Below are positions 37,187 to 45,627 of a stretch of 64,000 bases of DNA, one piece after another (the stretch's first letter is position 1; each line of letters opens with the position of its first letter). Source of the stretch: a virus. The DNA lies in IMG/VR virus record IMGVR_UViG_3300025120_000020; one strand, written 5' to 3'. Position numbers and translations under genes: made by a program. The notes below the pieces were generated by a model. The model made no database searches. It saw only the letters and a program-made list of their open reading frames with translations, and had not been told where the DNA came from.

Positions 37187-37215
37187 TTGATTTTTATATC
37201 TTTTTTCTATAAAAT
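37187..37215 (+). promoter_or_regulatory. promoter TTGATT-17-TAAAAT, 6 nt before GTG 37222
   Basis: Seen directly. Confidence 0.5.
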
Positions 37216-37221
37216 CTTTTA

Positions 37222-37521
37222 GTGAAAACGATTGTTAAAAAGAAATTAGAAATCGAAACTAAAAGACATGATTTCGATAACGAATTTGCTTATATCGAAA
37301 CGTGGCACAACACACAGCTGAAAGATTGTTTTTTCGCAGAGAAGCAATTCCTCTGGCCTGATGGTAGCTTGAAGGCTGGAGGAAAAAAATATTTCTTAGG
37401 CAGGAGTCTTGATTCCCCAGAAAAAGAGATTAAATGTATTAATTATAATAATTTTAACTACTTCGACCATCTATACTTTTTTGGTGAAACTGGAGAGGTT
37501 ATAAATATATTGAACAAGTGA
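37222..37521 (+). CDS. hypothetical protein
   Basis: 99 aa, GTG start with a leaderless promoter. Confidence 0.55.
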   Translation: MKTIVKKKLEIETKRHDFDNEFAYIETWHNTQLKDCFFAEKQFLWPDGSLKAGGKKYFLGRSLDSPEKEIKCINYNNFNYFDHLYFFGETGEVINILNK

Positions 37522-37522
37522 T

Positions 37523-38395
37523 ATGGCTGAAGAAGTAGAAGAGGTAAAATCGCTAACTTACCACGTTCAAGGAAATAGAGCAAACGCTGCTACATATACT
37601 TTTTATTCAGCTCCTTTCTTCCCAGAGATAAAAGAGGAAGCGGATACAATTAAGGTCAAATTCAATGAGGGTTATATTTACGATCATGCGAATATGACAA
37701 CGGATGATTTTGAGGATAAAACTAGCGATAATGCCTCCATCCCCCGAATTAAAGTCGAAGACTTAGAGCATACTCATGCCGAAGGTGAGAAGGTCGAATA
37801 TTCTATAGAAATCATAAGAAACGAGAAAACTGGAGAAGTAGTTTCAGCAAAAATTATTAGAACTGATCAAAAAACTAATGCCGAGACTTTTAGGAATTTT
37901 ATTGTAGAAAATGAATTAGAAACCCCCCCGCAACTTTTAAATCCACCAAATAAAACTCCAGAAGGGAAAGAAAGTTTTATCTACATCGATTTAGCTGATT
38001 TTAAAGGGTTTGAACTTAAAGAACTTTATGTAAGAGAAAATATTCACGTTTACTATAGGGGTTTTGAACAATTATCGGATAAAGATTCTGATAAAGTAGG
38101 CTCCGAAGAAGATCCATTCCCAATATTACTTACAACAGGAACGACTGGAGCGAATGGGATGATAGGAGTAAAGGCTTTAGTTGAGGAGAAAGATCGCTCG
38201 GACAATGTATCGGATGAAAACATCCTTGACATAACTGATGATGAGAATCAGATTTACCTATTTGTGCCAAAGTTCGACGATTCATTTTTGCAAGAGCAAA
38301 TTGACGCTTGTGCAACGACAGCACAACTAACCGCTTTGCAAGCCTCGGTCACCACCTCACTTGCGGCGATGCAAGCTCAAATTGATGATCTCTAG
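37523..38395 (+). CDS. hypothetical acidic protein with C-terminal coiled coil, possibly virion associated
   Basis: 290 aa; LQEQID/MQAQID tail. Confidence 0.6.
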   Translation: MAEEVEEVKSLTYHVQGNRANAATYTFYSAPFFPEIKEEADTIKVKFNEGYIYDHANMTTDDFEDKTSDNASIPRIKVEDLEHTHAEGEKVEYSIEIIRNEKTGEVVSAKIIRTDQKTNAETFRNFIVENELETPPQLLNPPNKTPEGKESFIYIDLADFKGFELKELYVRENIHVYYRGFEQLSDKDSDKVGSEEDPFPILLTTGTTGANGMIGVKALVEEKDRSDNVSDENILDITDDENQIYLFVPKFDDSFLQEQIDACATTAQLTALQASVTTSLAAMQAQIDDL

Positions 38396-38420
38396 ATTGA
38401 TTCGATCAATGCGGCAATCT

Positions 38421-38729
38421 TTAAAAATAAAGTTCATCAAAGAACCTATTTCCATTATATGCCTTGTCATCAATCCAAAAATCATATGCTGGCTTGTTCA
38501 TCTTAAGCTCTGTATATTTGACCCCCCACTCTTTAAGTTGCTTCTTTGTAAGCTCCGACCAATCTTTTCCTGAGTTCCCTCCTCTCGCAGTCCAGTAGAT
38601 TACTGTATTGCCACTATCAACCAATCCATTGAAATATTGAATACGAGCTTTCATAGGGCGAGCTAATTCATATCTGCCCCGACTATCTGTGCAAATAGTC
38701 CCATCAATGTCTACGATAAAAGTTTTCAT
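38421..38729 (-). CDS. small HAD-family phosphatase (candidate heptose-bisphosphate phosphatase)
   Basis: VDIDGT, WTARG, KP and WIDDK motifs. Confidence 0.75.
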   Translation of the reverse strand: MKTFIVDIDGTICTDSRGRYELARPMKARIQYFNGLVDSGNTVIYWTARGGNSGKDWSELTKKQLKEWGVKYTELKMNKPAYDFWIDDKAYNGNRFFDELYF

Positions 38730-39202
38730 AGTTCTTTAATTTTTGTTATAATTTTCGTGGCACTTATATCCTCAGAGAATGGAATGAAATATACCTCTGT
38801 TTGTCCACAGGATGCCTTCTCAGACGGATGTAATGTCGCAATGCTATAATCTCCACCTTTATACCAACGAGAGGGCTTAAGGTGTCTCAGGTAGCCAGAA
38901 ACTGTTGCGTCATTAAACACAAACACATGGTCAACGCACTCATGACAAGCTACAAGAAAGGCTCTCTGTTTTTGGCTGATAATAGGTCTTTCTGAACCCT
39001 TATTTTGCTTAACGCTTTCATCTCCATTCACGCCGACAACTAATTCGTAATCATCGGGCAAATCTTCCTTAATTGATTTCAGAAGGTGTGCATGACCTGC
39101 GTGAAACAAATCAAAGCAACCATTAGTAAAGGCCATATTTTTCGTTCCCGTCGAAAAATGGTGCATAATCTTAGTTATATTAGCTATTTTAGGATGATTC
39201 AT
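38726..39202 (-). CDS. hldC: heptose-1-phosphate nucleotidyltransferase (HldE/RfaE domain II, stand-alone)
   Basis: FTNGCFDLFHAGH, VGVN.D.SV..KG..RPI and KGGDY motifs. Confidence 0.85.
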   Translation of the reverse strand: MNHPKIANITKIMHHFSTGTKNMAFTNGCFDLFHAGHAHLLKSIKEDLPDDYELVVGVNGDESVKQNKGSERPIISQKQRAFLVACHECVDHVFVFNDATVSGYLRHLKPSRWYKGGDYSIATLHPSEKASCGQTEVYFIPFSEDISATKIITKIKEL

Positions 39203-39948
39203 ATCGTTGCTGTTCCAGCTTTACTGATGACAATGCTACAGCAAGTCTGAGCGTAGTCAATCGCTGAATCTATATCTTGATTGAATAAATAGTTAGTCGC
39301 AAAAGCAGCAAGGAAAGTGTCTCCAGCACCACTCACATCTCTCACTTGAGCGACAGATTTCAAAGGGTATTTCTTTCCTTTGAACCTACATCCTCCACCC
39401 CCTAAAGTAACAATAAGGTTATCCATACCCATCCCTTTAAATCCATTCTCTTTGTATTCCTTTTCGTTGATTTTAATCAGATCAAATGAATTAGCCCACT
39501 TTGAATTATATTTCTTTTTAGTGTCTAAAAAAGACATTTGAGCATTATCTGCAATATATTTTAAATCTTTGTCTGTCAGATATCCCTTATTGTAATCAGA
39601 AACGATTACAGCATCATAAGACCACACGTTTGCTTCATGCAACTTTAATTCATCAATCTCTTTATACTCATCTGAATCAACGCGCAAAAACATTTGATTA
39701 GAATTAGAGTCAATATATCTAACCTTTGCTCCAGTGCTTTTATTGCTTTTAATCTCTACCTCTGCCTTTTTACCTAAATCATCAAGGCAAGCAATGACAT
39801 TTCTATGGACGTTAAAGGCCATACCCATAAAGGTAACTGAGTCCTCCTGCTTAAAAACAGGGACTGGAGCTTCTGGGCATAATCTATCAGCAGACCCATA
39901 AGTAAAAATGTCTAAGCATGACTCTCCAATAACAAGAATTTTTTTCAT
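39199..39948 (-). CDS. hldA: heptose-7-phosphate kinase (HldE/RfaE domain I, PfkB family)
   Basis: ILVIGE..LD, RLCPEAPVPV, VSDYNKG and DVSGAGDTF motifs. Confidence 0.85.
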   Translation of the reverse strand: MKKILVIGESCLDIFTYGSADRLCPEAPVPVFKQEDSVTFMGMAFNVHRNVIACLDDLGKKAEVEIKSNKSTGAKVRYIDSNSNQMFLRVDSDEYKEIDELKLHEANVWSYDAVIVSDYNKGYLTDKDLKYIADNAQMSFLDTKKKYNSKWANSFDLIKINEKEYKENGFKGMGMDNLIVTLGGGGCRFKGKKYPLKSVAQVRDVSGAGDTFLAAFATNYLFNQDIDSAIDYAQTCCSIVISKAGTATI

Positions 39949-40319
39949 TTCTGCGAATCTCCTTTTTGAACCCTGTAAGAATCTTCCTCAAAATGCTGAG
40001 TGCTTACTTCAAATACAGAAGATTCTTCTATAGCAATGAGTTTATGAGGTATACAAGGCTTTAAATGAATTGTCTCTCCAACCCGCAAGATCATTTCTTT
40101 TTCCTCGGCATTACTCAAATCATAATATTTTAAAAGAAGTTTACCTTTTATTACGGCCCAAGTTTCTTCCTTCTTGATATGGTAGTGCATGGAGAACTCC
40201 GCTCCTTTATTAAACTTTAGAATTTTTCCGCAATAAAGTTCGTTGTTCGTAATCCAGATCTCTTTACCCCAGCCCTTTGCATAAGTCTCAACAATACCTT
40301 TGATTGGCTCCATGCTCAT
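39945..40319 (-). CDS. cupin sugar-isomerase-like protein
   Basis: KGWG.E.W, SMHYH..KEETW, H.L and FEVST cupin metal motifs. Confidence 0.75.
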   Translation of the reverse strand: MSMEPIKGIVETYAKGWGKEIWITNNELYCGKILKFNKGAEFSMHYHIKKEETWAVIKGKLLLKYYDLSNAEEKEMILRVGETIHLKPCIPHKLIAIEESSVFEVSTQHFEEDSYRVQKGDSQK

Positions 40320-40325
40320 TAAGTA

Positions 40326-40353
40326 ATTTTAGCTAGAATACATGAAAATTCAA
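40326..40353 (-). promoter_or_regulatory. promoter TTGAAT-16-TAAAAT, 6 nt before ATG 40319
   Basis: Seen directly; heads the heptose operon. Confidence 0.6.
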
Positions 40354-40363
40354 TAGCTAATCA

Positions 40364-40392
40364 TAAAAAAACCGTCCCGAAGGACGGCTTTT
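40364..40392. terminator. intrinsic terminator (possibly bidirectional)
   Basis: aaaaaaa-ccgtcc-cgaa-ggacgg-ctttt. Confidence 0.8.
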
Positions 40393-40552
40393 AAATTATT
40401 TAAAATGATTTATGTTTATTGCTGCTCTTTCCCCCTCTCCTTTCCTTTTACCTCGCCTTTATTAGAAATAGCTGAGTAACAAAAAAAAGATGAGATAGCT
40501 GACAATACAATTATCCTCACGGTTTAATCACATAAATTATGATGCGTTATTT

Positions 40553-40753
40553 TTACTTATCGCCTTTATCTTTGGCTTTACCAAAATTAATGCTGAGAAA
40601 ATCTACGACTTTGTAAGCTTTCGACAGCCAAGTCCCCTGTTTTGGGGTTGGGGAAGCAGCAGCAAATGCACTAGCCGCAGCAATAACAGCACAAGCCCAG
40701 TTAAACCAAACTTTATCTTCAACGAACGATGTAATAATCTCAATAATATCCAT
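40553..40753 (-). CDS. small membrane protein (holin-like)
   Basis: Hydrophobic ACAVIAAASAFAA; TP..YK.VD.L.IN.GKAK motif. Confidence 0.6.
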   Translation of the reverse strand: MDIIEIITSFVEDKVWFNWACAVIAAASAFAAASPTPKQGTWLSKAYKVVDFLSINFGKAKDKGDK

Positions 40754-40931
40754 AACAATATTTTGTTTGTATAGCTTATTACACCAAGCGAGGCAACAGG
40801 GAATTATCTGCCTTGTCCCCTGTAGGGTTTTTTGTAATTTTTAGAGCTTTTAATGCTAGAGGTCTTGCTTTTAGCATGAACTCCTTTGCGCCTAATCTTC
40901 TTCTTTTCCTCGTAAGTTTTGTTTGCTTTTT

Positions 40932-41477
40932 TCATTTTTTTAATTCTTCTAATAAACTTTCTAAATTTCTCATTAGAGAGTCTTCTTTGAGCCAAATATT
41001 GTCACAAATTGTCCTGCGATATTCGCCATGTTTATCGACATCACTAGCGTAATTCCAACCTTTTAAAGTTACTTCTCCAGTCACAGAATCAGCCTCTGTT
41101 GTTGTCCAAATCACAATAGCACCTTTATTTAAGTATTGTTTCAATTGACGGGGAGGGATACACCTTTTAAATTTCTCCCAGTGAGAATTCCTTAAACCTT
41201 TTACTTCTATAAACGAATCTTTTATTGCAATGTCAGGCTTGCCTCTAGAGTTTTCAAAATCAATAAAGCATGGAGATACTTCTACATCTTTTAAATTTTC
41301 TCTTAACCAAACTACAGTAGCTACCTCGGACTTTACGCCAATTAAATTACTATCAACTCTATTGTGATTGTAAGATCCAGAGCCTTTGGTTTTATCGCCT
41401 CCGTATTTTTCAACAATTTTTTTGGCATGATCCTCACACCAATCCAGTTGTTCTTGCGATAACTCTATTTCAATCAT
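40932..41477 (-). CDS. hypothetical protein, PD-(D/E)xK-like
   Basis: G..SE, PD and IEVK motifs. Confidence 0.55.
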   Translation of the reverse strand: MIEIELSQEQLDWCEDHAKKIVEKYGGDKTKGSGSYNHNRVDSNLIGVKSEVATVVWLRENLKDVEVSPCFIDFENSRGKPDIAIKDSFIEVKGLRNSHWEKFKRCIPPRQLKQYLNKGAIVIWTTTEADSVTGEVTLKGWNYASDVDKHGEYRRTICDNIWLKEDSLMRNLESLLEELKK

Positions 41478-41842
41478 TAATCTTTGACAAATTGTCCATC
41501 CACCATCTTTCCAGTGCGGCCCTTAATTACATCATAAGCTGCATTTAAACAGTCTGTAGTGTCTAGCTCTACCATCTTAGCGAGTAAAACAATAGTAACC
41601 AACATGTCTCCAATACCGTCCTTAACTTCTGCAAGAATATCCTCTTTATTTTCAGGAGGAATTCCAAGAACTTCCATCAAGTTAGGTTGACGATCAAGAT
41701 CATTTAGTTTTTTTAAAGCTGCTCTTGTTTCATCAAGCTCTTCTTGCGTCTTGTCTAGTTGTCTAAGTGGGGTAGAAGAATCTAAAATCCCTTTACTTTC
41801 CCCCCACTCAATCACTAATTTACTTAGTTCTTCGTGTTCCAT
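41477..41842 (-). CDS. MazG-like nucleotide pyrophosphohydrolase
   Basis: QEELDE, DGIGDMLV and AY..IKGRTGKM.DG.FVK motifs. Confidence 0.8.
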   Translation of the reverse strand: MEHEELSKLVIEWGESKGILDSSTPLRQLDKTQEELDETRAALKKLNDLDRQPNLMEVLGIPPENKEDILAEVKDGIGDMLVTIVLLAKMVELDTTDCLNAAYDVIKGRTGKMVDGQFVKD

Positions 41843-41852
41843 ATCTGCTCTT

Positions 41853-41880
41853 AGTATAAGGAAATTTTAAGCCGTGTCAA
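41853..41880 (-). promoter_or_regulatory. promoter TTGACA-16-TATACT
   Basis: Seen directly, 10 nt before ATG 41842. Confidence 0.7.
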
Positions 41881-41887
41881 CTATTTT

Positions 41888-42184
41888 TCATAATTTAACA
41901 GTCTTAGGGGATATTTCCTCTATTTCTTCGCATAACCTAAGTATCTCTGAAGTCTGCATATCAGGAGCTTTTGCTTTTAACTTAAAAAGCTCTTTATAAA
42001 AATAAATATAATCCCTGTCCTGATTAACATATTCTTGATCTCTGATATTAAAAATGTGATCTATGTATGTCTCGTAAATTGTAGCATCAATGCACTTCTC
42101 TACTGGATCATAAACAGAATTAGACACAACGTAGTCAAAGATGTCGTGACGGCTCACATTGATATGAAATATCTCTTCATTCAC
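41888..42184 (-). CDS. hypothetical protein
   Basis: 98-aa ORF in operon. Confidence 0.55.
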   Translation of the reverse strand: MNEEIFHINVSRHDIFDYVVSNSVYDPVEKCIDATIYETYIDHIFNIRDQEYVNQDRDYIYFYKELFKLKAKAPDMQTSEILRLCEEIEEISPKTVKL

Positions 42185-42186
42185 TG

Positions 42187-42819
42187 TTAAAGCTCTTTTA
42201 TACGTTTGATGACCATTTGGTAGGTTTCATCTGAAGGGTCATTCTTTCTATTCGGCGCAATCATTTTGTGCGTTAGAATGTTTTCTATTCCAAGGTCAAA
42301 TTTATCCATAAGGTATTTGCATTTCTTGGCAGCAGAATCAATTTCAACCGCACTTGGTGTGCGTTTATTAGTATCTCCATAAAAAGAAATGCCGACACTA
42401 TGGCCATTTAGACCACTTACACCTTTCCAAGAAGATCTTCCTGCATGCCAAGCCCTTTTTTTGTCATAAACAAATTGTGTGCGAGATCCATCAGGCGCAA
42501 TAAGATAGTGATAACTAACCTTTGATGCAGCATTTAAAATCCATGAACGAGTCCCATCATGACTTCCACTGCTATGATGCAGAACCACATACTTAGGTTT
42601 AATGGCTCCAGATTGGTTTGGAGAAGCTTTATAAACTTCAGGGTAATCATCTTTAAGTTCTTGAGCTTCAGGCTCTGGCTTTTCTGGCTCACCTTTATCA
42701 TCATGAATCAGATTCTCCCAAATCATTTTCCATGTAGCAGGACCATCAATCCCGTCAGCTTTAAGGCCAAGTTTTTTTTGAACTTGCTTAACGATACGGT
42801 CTTTACCAGAAAACTTCAT
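42187..42819 (-). CDS. endolysin: PG-binding domain plus N-acetylmuramoyl-L-alanine amidase (Amidase_2)
   Basis: LKADGIDGPAT; VLHH, SYHY, RAWHAG and HK..AP.RK.DP motifs. Confidence 0.9.
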   Translation of the reverse strand: MKFSGKDRIVKQVQKKLGLKADGIDGPATWKMIWENLIHDDKGEPEKPEPEAQELKDDYPEVYKASPNQSGAIKPKYVVLHHSSGSHDGTRSWILNAASKVSYHYLIAPDGSRTQFVYDKKRAWHAGRSSWKGVSGLNGHSVGISFYGDTNKRTPSAVEIDSAAKKCKYLMDKFDLGIENILTHKMIAPNRKNDPSDETYQMVIKRIKEL

Positions 42820-42879
42820 AATCACCTAATTATATTCTTTGGCAAGATAAATTCAAGCAATTAATATTACATTAATTTC

Positions 42880-43194
42880 TTATTTTTTTAAAAATTTATC
42901 AGGATTCTTTTCAAACTTCTTCGCTAATGCAATTAACCCATTTGTAATCTCTGGAGCTACTACTCCAACTACGCCATAAGAAATAGCCTTAATAAAATCA
43001 CTTATAGGAGCATCATGCAATACGAACCATAAAATGCCTGATAATATAGCAGCAGCCAAAACATTCCTAAAAAAACATTTTAAGGAAACCCTTCCCTTAA
43101 AAGTAAGCATGCGAACAATCATACCTGATGCTCCAATAACAGGAATAACCCAGCCACCGTCTAAAAACTCCCTGATTATGCTTTTAAAATCCAT
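42880..43194 (-). CDS. holin
   Basis: Three hydrophobic segments, basic C-terminus, adjacent to endolysin. Confidence 0.7.
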   Translation of the reverse strand: MDFKSIIREFLDGGWVIPVIGASGMIVRMLTFKGRVSLKCFFRNVLAAAILSGILWFVLHDAPISDFIKAISYGVVGVVAPEITNGLIALAKKFEKNPDKFLKK

Positions 43195-43279
43195 ACAAAA
43201 TATATTACACAAAAATATGCCACAAACATATATTTATAAAAAGATTCTAGAAACAGAAGCCTTTAATAATGAAGGTTTT

Positions 43280-43531
43280 CTATTGGTTATAAACTTGTCG
43301 CTCTAGCTTTCTGTAACGAGCGTCTGAGTGCCAAACCTCATCGGTCTGCGGAGTATAAACGCCCTCTTCAGTCTGAATTGGCTGACCCTCCTTCAGCTTC
43401 AACGAAGACGGCTGATATATGTTTAAACTGCTTGTTTTCGGTGAGGAGCTGCCCCCGCAAGAAGTCAGCGCGATCACTGGACTCATTGTCGCCAATATCC
43501 CGTAGCTTTTCAATTTCTTCGATAAGTTCAT
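43280..43531 (-). CDS. lipoprotein, candidate o-spanin (Rz1-like)
   Basis: Basic N-region, lipobox ALTSC; overlaps the 3' part of 43368-43637 in another frame. Confidence 0.55.
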   Translation of the reverse strand: MNLSKKLKSYGILATMSPVIALTSCGGSSSPKTSSLNIYQPSSLKLKEGQPIQTEEGVYTPQTDEVWHSDARYRKLERQVYNQ

Positions 43532-43637
43532 ATTTTCTTTTGTTATGTTTCTCTGTAATTTCAGAGAATGCGAGTTTATTTCTCAAATTGAGGTATAACT
43601 CCACGCTTTTTAATACAGATTTAATTAGAGATACCAT
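43368..43637 (-). CDS. candidate i-spanin (Rz-like)
   Basis: Coiled-coil; overlapping lipoprotein gene; in lysis cassette; TM segment weak. Confidence 0.45.
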   Translation of the reverse strand: MVSLIKSVLKSVELYLNLRNKLAFSEITEKHNKRKYELIEEIEKLRDIGDNESSDRADFLRGQLLTENKQFKHISAVFVEAEGGSANSD

Positions 43638-43644
43638 TTCTTTA

Positions 43645-44445
43645 TTATACACACTCTAAGACTTGTTTCCAATCCATTTCTCCAATCGCAGATGTTAGCT
43701 TTGTAATGTCTGCTTGGGTAAATTTTTGATACTTGCCCTTGAGTTTTGTGGGCATCGCTATCTGCTTGACCTTTGCCCCAGAGTTTTCTGCCATTTTATC
43801 TGCAATTTCTTTAAAAGAAACAGAGTTGCCAGTCCCAACATTAAAAACCCCATTAGTATCATGATGAAGCATCCTATAATGAACTTCACAAACATCTTCC
43901 ACATGCACGAAGTCTCTACTAGCTTTTCCCCTAAATACTTTGATCTCGCCATCTTCTTGAATTTGTTTGATGAATTTCGTTATCGGACTTGCCTGATCTC
44001 CTTTATGTTCCTCATGTGGACCATATACATTAAAATAGCGAAATCCTTGATAGGGATGATCTTCGTTCAAAAGCCAGTTGTCAAACATATATTTGCTATA
44101 AGCATAAGGGTTTAGAGGGACGCAGAACTGATCCTCTTCAAATGTCTCTGCTGCACCATAGACAGAACCACTGCTAGCGTATTGAAATTTAACACCCATA
44201 TTCGCACATAATTGATAAAGTGTGCCAGAGAATATAAAATTCTCATTTAAAATCTTTTTTAAGTCGGTTTCCGTAGTGCTAGAGTTAGCTCCAAGATGAA
44301 TGACGGCATCAATACCATTCAAAGGAGGCAAACTACCACCGAACTTAATATCGTAAGGAACGACCTCTATTCCTCTTTTCTCAAGATAAGGACAGAGATT
44401 TTTGCCAATAAACCCCTCACTGCCCGTAACTAATACCCTTTTCAT
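43645..44445 (-). CDS. hldD: ADP-L-glycero-D-manno-heptose 6-epimerase
   Basis: VTGSEGFIG, GANSSTT, PLNPYAYSK and RYFNVYGP.E.HKG motifs. Confidence 0.85.
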   Translation of the reverse strand: MKRVLVTGSEGFIGKNLCPYLEKRGIEVVPYDIKFGGSLPPLNGIDAVIHLGANSSTTETDLKKILNENFIFSGTLYQLCANMGVKFQYASSGSVYGAAETFEEDQFCVPLNPYAYSKYMFDNWLLNEDHPYQGFRYFNVYGPHEEHKGDQASPITKFIKQIQEDGEIKVFRGKASRDFVHVEDVCEVHYRMLHHDTNGVFNVGTGNSVSFKEIADKMAENSGAKVKQIAMPTKLKGKYQKFTQADITKLTSAIGEMDWKQVLECV

Positions 44446-44457
44446 AAAGGTATTATA

Positions 44458-45429
44458 TTACAGTTCGCCTTCGTCCTCTACAATTTCTTTTACTGATTCC
44501 AAGAATGGATAGCCATTCAATAAATCTTGATGCTCTGCGAAAGACTCGTCATCCCAACACCACTGAGAAAACTTTTCATCCTCATCCCAAGCAATAACCT
44601 CTTCTGAAGCCATTGAACTTACAGGTTTTTTAGACCAAAATTTACAACTCCAGTAACGAGGAGTAGTTTTATCTTTAGCTGTATCGCACTTGTGTCGAGC
44701 ACGGAAATTACGGCGACGATCTGGGTCATCACGCTTGATTTCCATGTTAGGGTCACCAAATTTAACCATGATGACATTACCAGTCTCTGGGTTTTTTACA
44801 TAAACGCCAAACTTCTTTTTACCGTCTTTTAATCGGAAGGGCTTATTTAAAGTTTTTTTTTCAGCGTCTGAATACTCAAGATCTTCGATGTCTTGGTCAG
44901 ACTCCTCTAAAGCATCGATTCTTTGAAGATCTAAGCGAGCGCAAGCAAAATCAAGCTCGTCAAAATCAACAAAAGCGCTGTTTGGATCTTCCATATAATA
45001 ATCTTCAGATCCTTTGGCGACATCTTGATCTGCTGCGCGGTAAGACTTCTTGACTTTACCTCCACGCACCATCTTCAGGAACATATTAACCCTAGCCATC
45101 GCCCACTGACCTCTGGTCTTGCCGGGCCTATGGCTAGAGCTGAATGCCCCCGAACCTCGACGGTATATTTTTTTAAGTTGTGTAAGCGAAACTTTTTTAG
45201 AATACTTCTTGTTATGCTCCTTAACTTTGTTTTTTAGAGCAGTAACAACTTTCTCTGAGAAGTTAATCTTCTTTCCATCTTTACCCGCGCTGCCCTTTTT
45301 GTTCTTACTAGAACCTTTCTTACGCTCACTAGGTTTTGCTGGAGTTTGTGCTTCACCTTTAGGCCCAGATCGCTTGGCAGCTTGAGACTCAAGAAATTCC
45401 TTAGCTTCTTTAGAGAAATCGTATTCCAT
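44458..45429 (-). CDS. two-domain basic protein (DUF5824-like plus DUF6321-like), probable internal head protein
   Basis: YRRG.GAF..SHRPG..QWAMARVN and KFGDPNM.IK..RR.NFRARHKC..RYWSC motifs. Confidence 0.65.
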   Translation of the reverse strand: MEYDFSKEAKEFLESQAAKRSGPKGEAQTPAKPSERKKGSSKNKKGSAGKDGKKINFSEKVVTALKNKVKEHNKKYSKKVSLTQLKKIYRRGSGAFSSSHRPGKTRGQWAMARVNMFLKMVRGGKVKKSYRAADQDVAKGSEDYYMEDPNSAFVDFDELDFACARLDLQRIDALEESDQDIEDLEYSDAEKKTLNKPFRLKDGKKKFGVYVKNPETGNVIMVKFGDPNMEIKRDDPDRRRNFRARHKCDTAKDKTTPRYWSCKFWSKKPVSSMASEEVIAWDEDEKFSQWCWDDESFAEHQDLLNGYPFLESVKEIVEDEGEL

Positions 45430-45444
45430 CAAAGGATGTTACAC

Positions 45445-45627
45445 TTATTTTTCAAAAACTTCGTTATAACTTTGAAGTTTTTCTTCATCAGTCATTTTAC
45501 TAAGCTTTTCCTCAACCTCTTTGTTTACCAAGGTAGAAATAACTTCAATTAGCTCTGCGAAAGTCAAATTACTTGTAATATGATTTACGAAGGCTTCATG
45601 AAGCTCTTGTTCTTGCTCTGGAGACAT
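45445..45627 (-). CDS. hypothetical protein
   Basis: 60 aa, translationally coupled to upstream gene. Confidence 0.55.
   Translation of the reverse strand: MSPEQEQELHEAFVNHITSNLTFAELIEVISTLVNKEVEEKLSKMTDEEKLQSYNEVFEK

Noticed and set aside
40417-40521. 34-aa GTG-started ORF (MRIIVLSAISSFFCYS...) on the minus strand
   Set aside because: Plausible small membrane peptide, but too short to support without homologues.
40804-40995. 63-aa very basic ORF ending YRGQGR
   Set aside because: The basic C-terminal part may be a real small gene starting at an internal ATG near 40935, but the start and function could not be fixed, so it is not listed as a feature.
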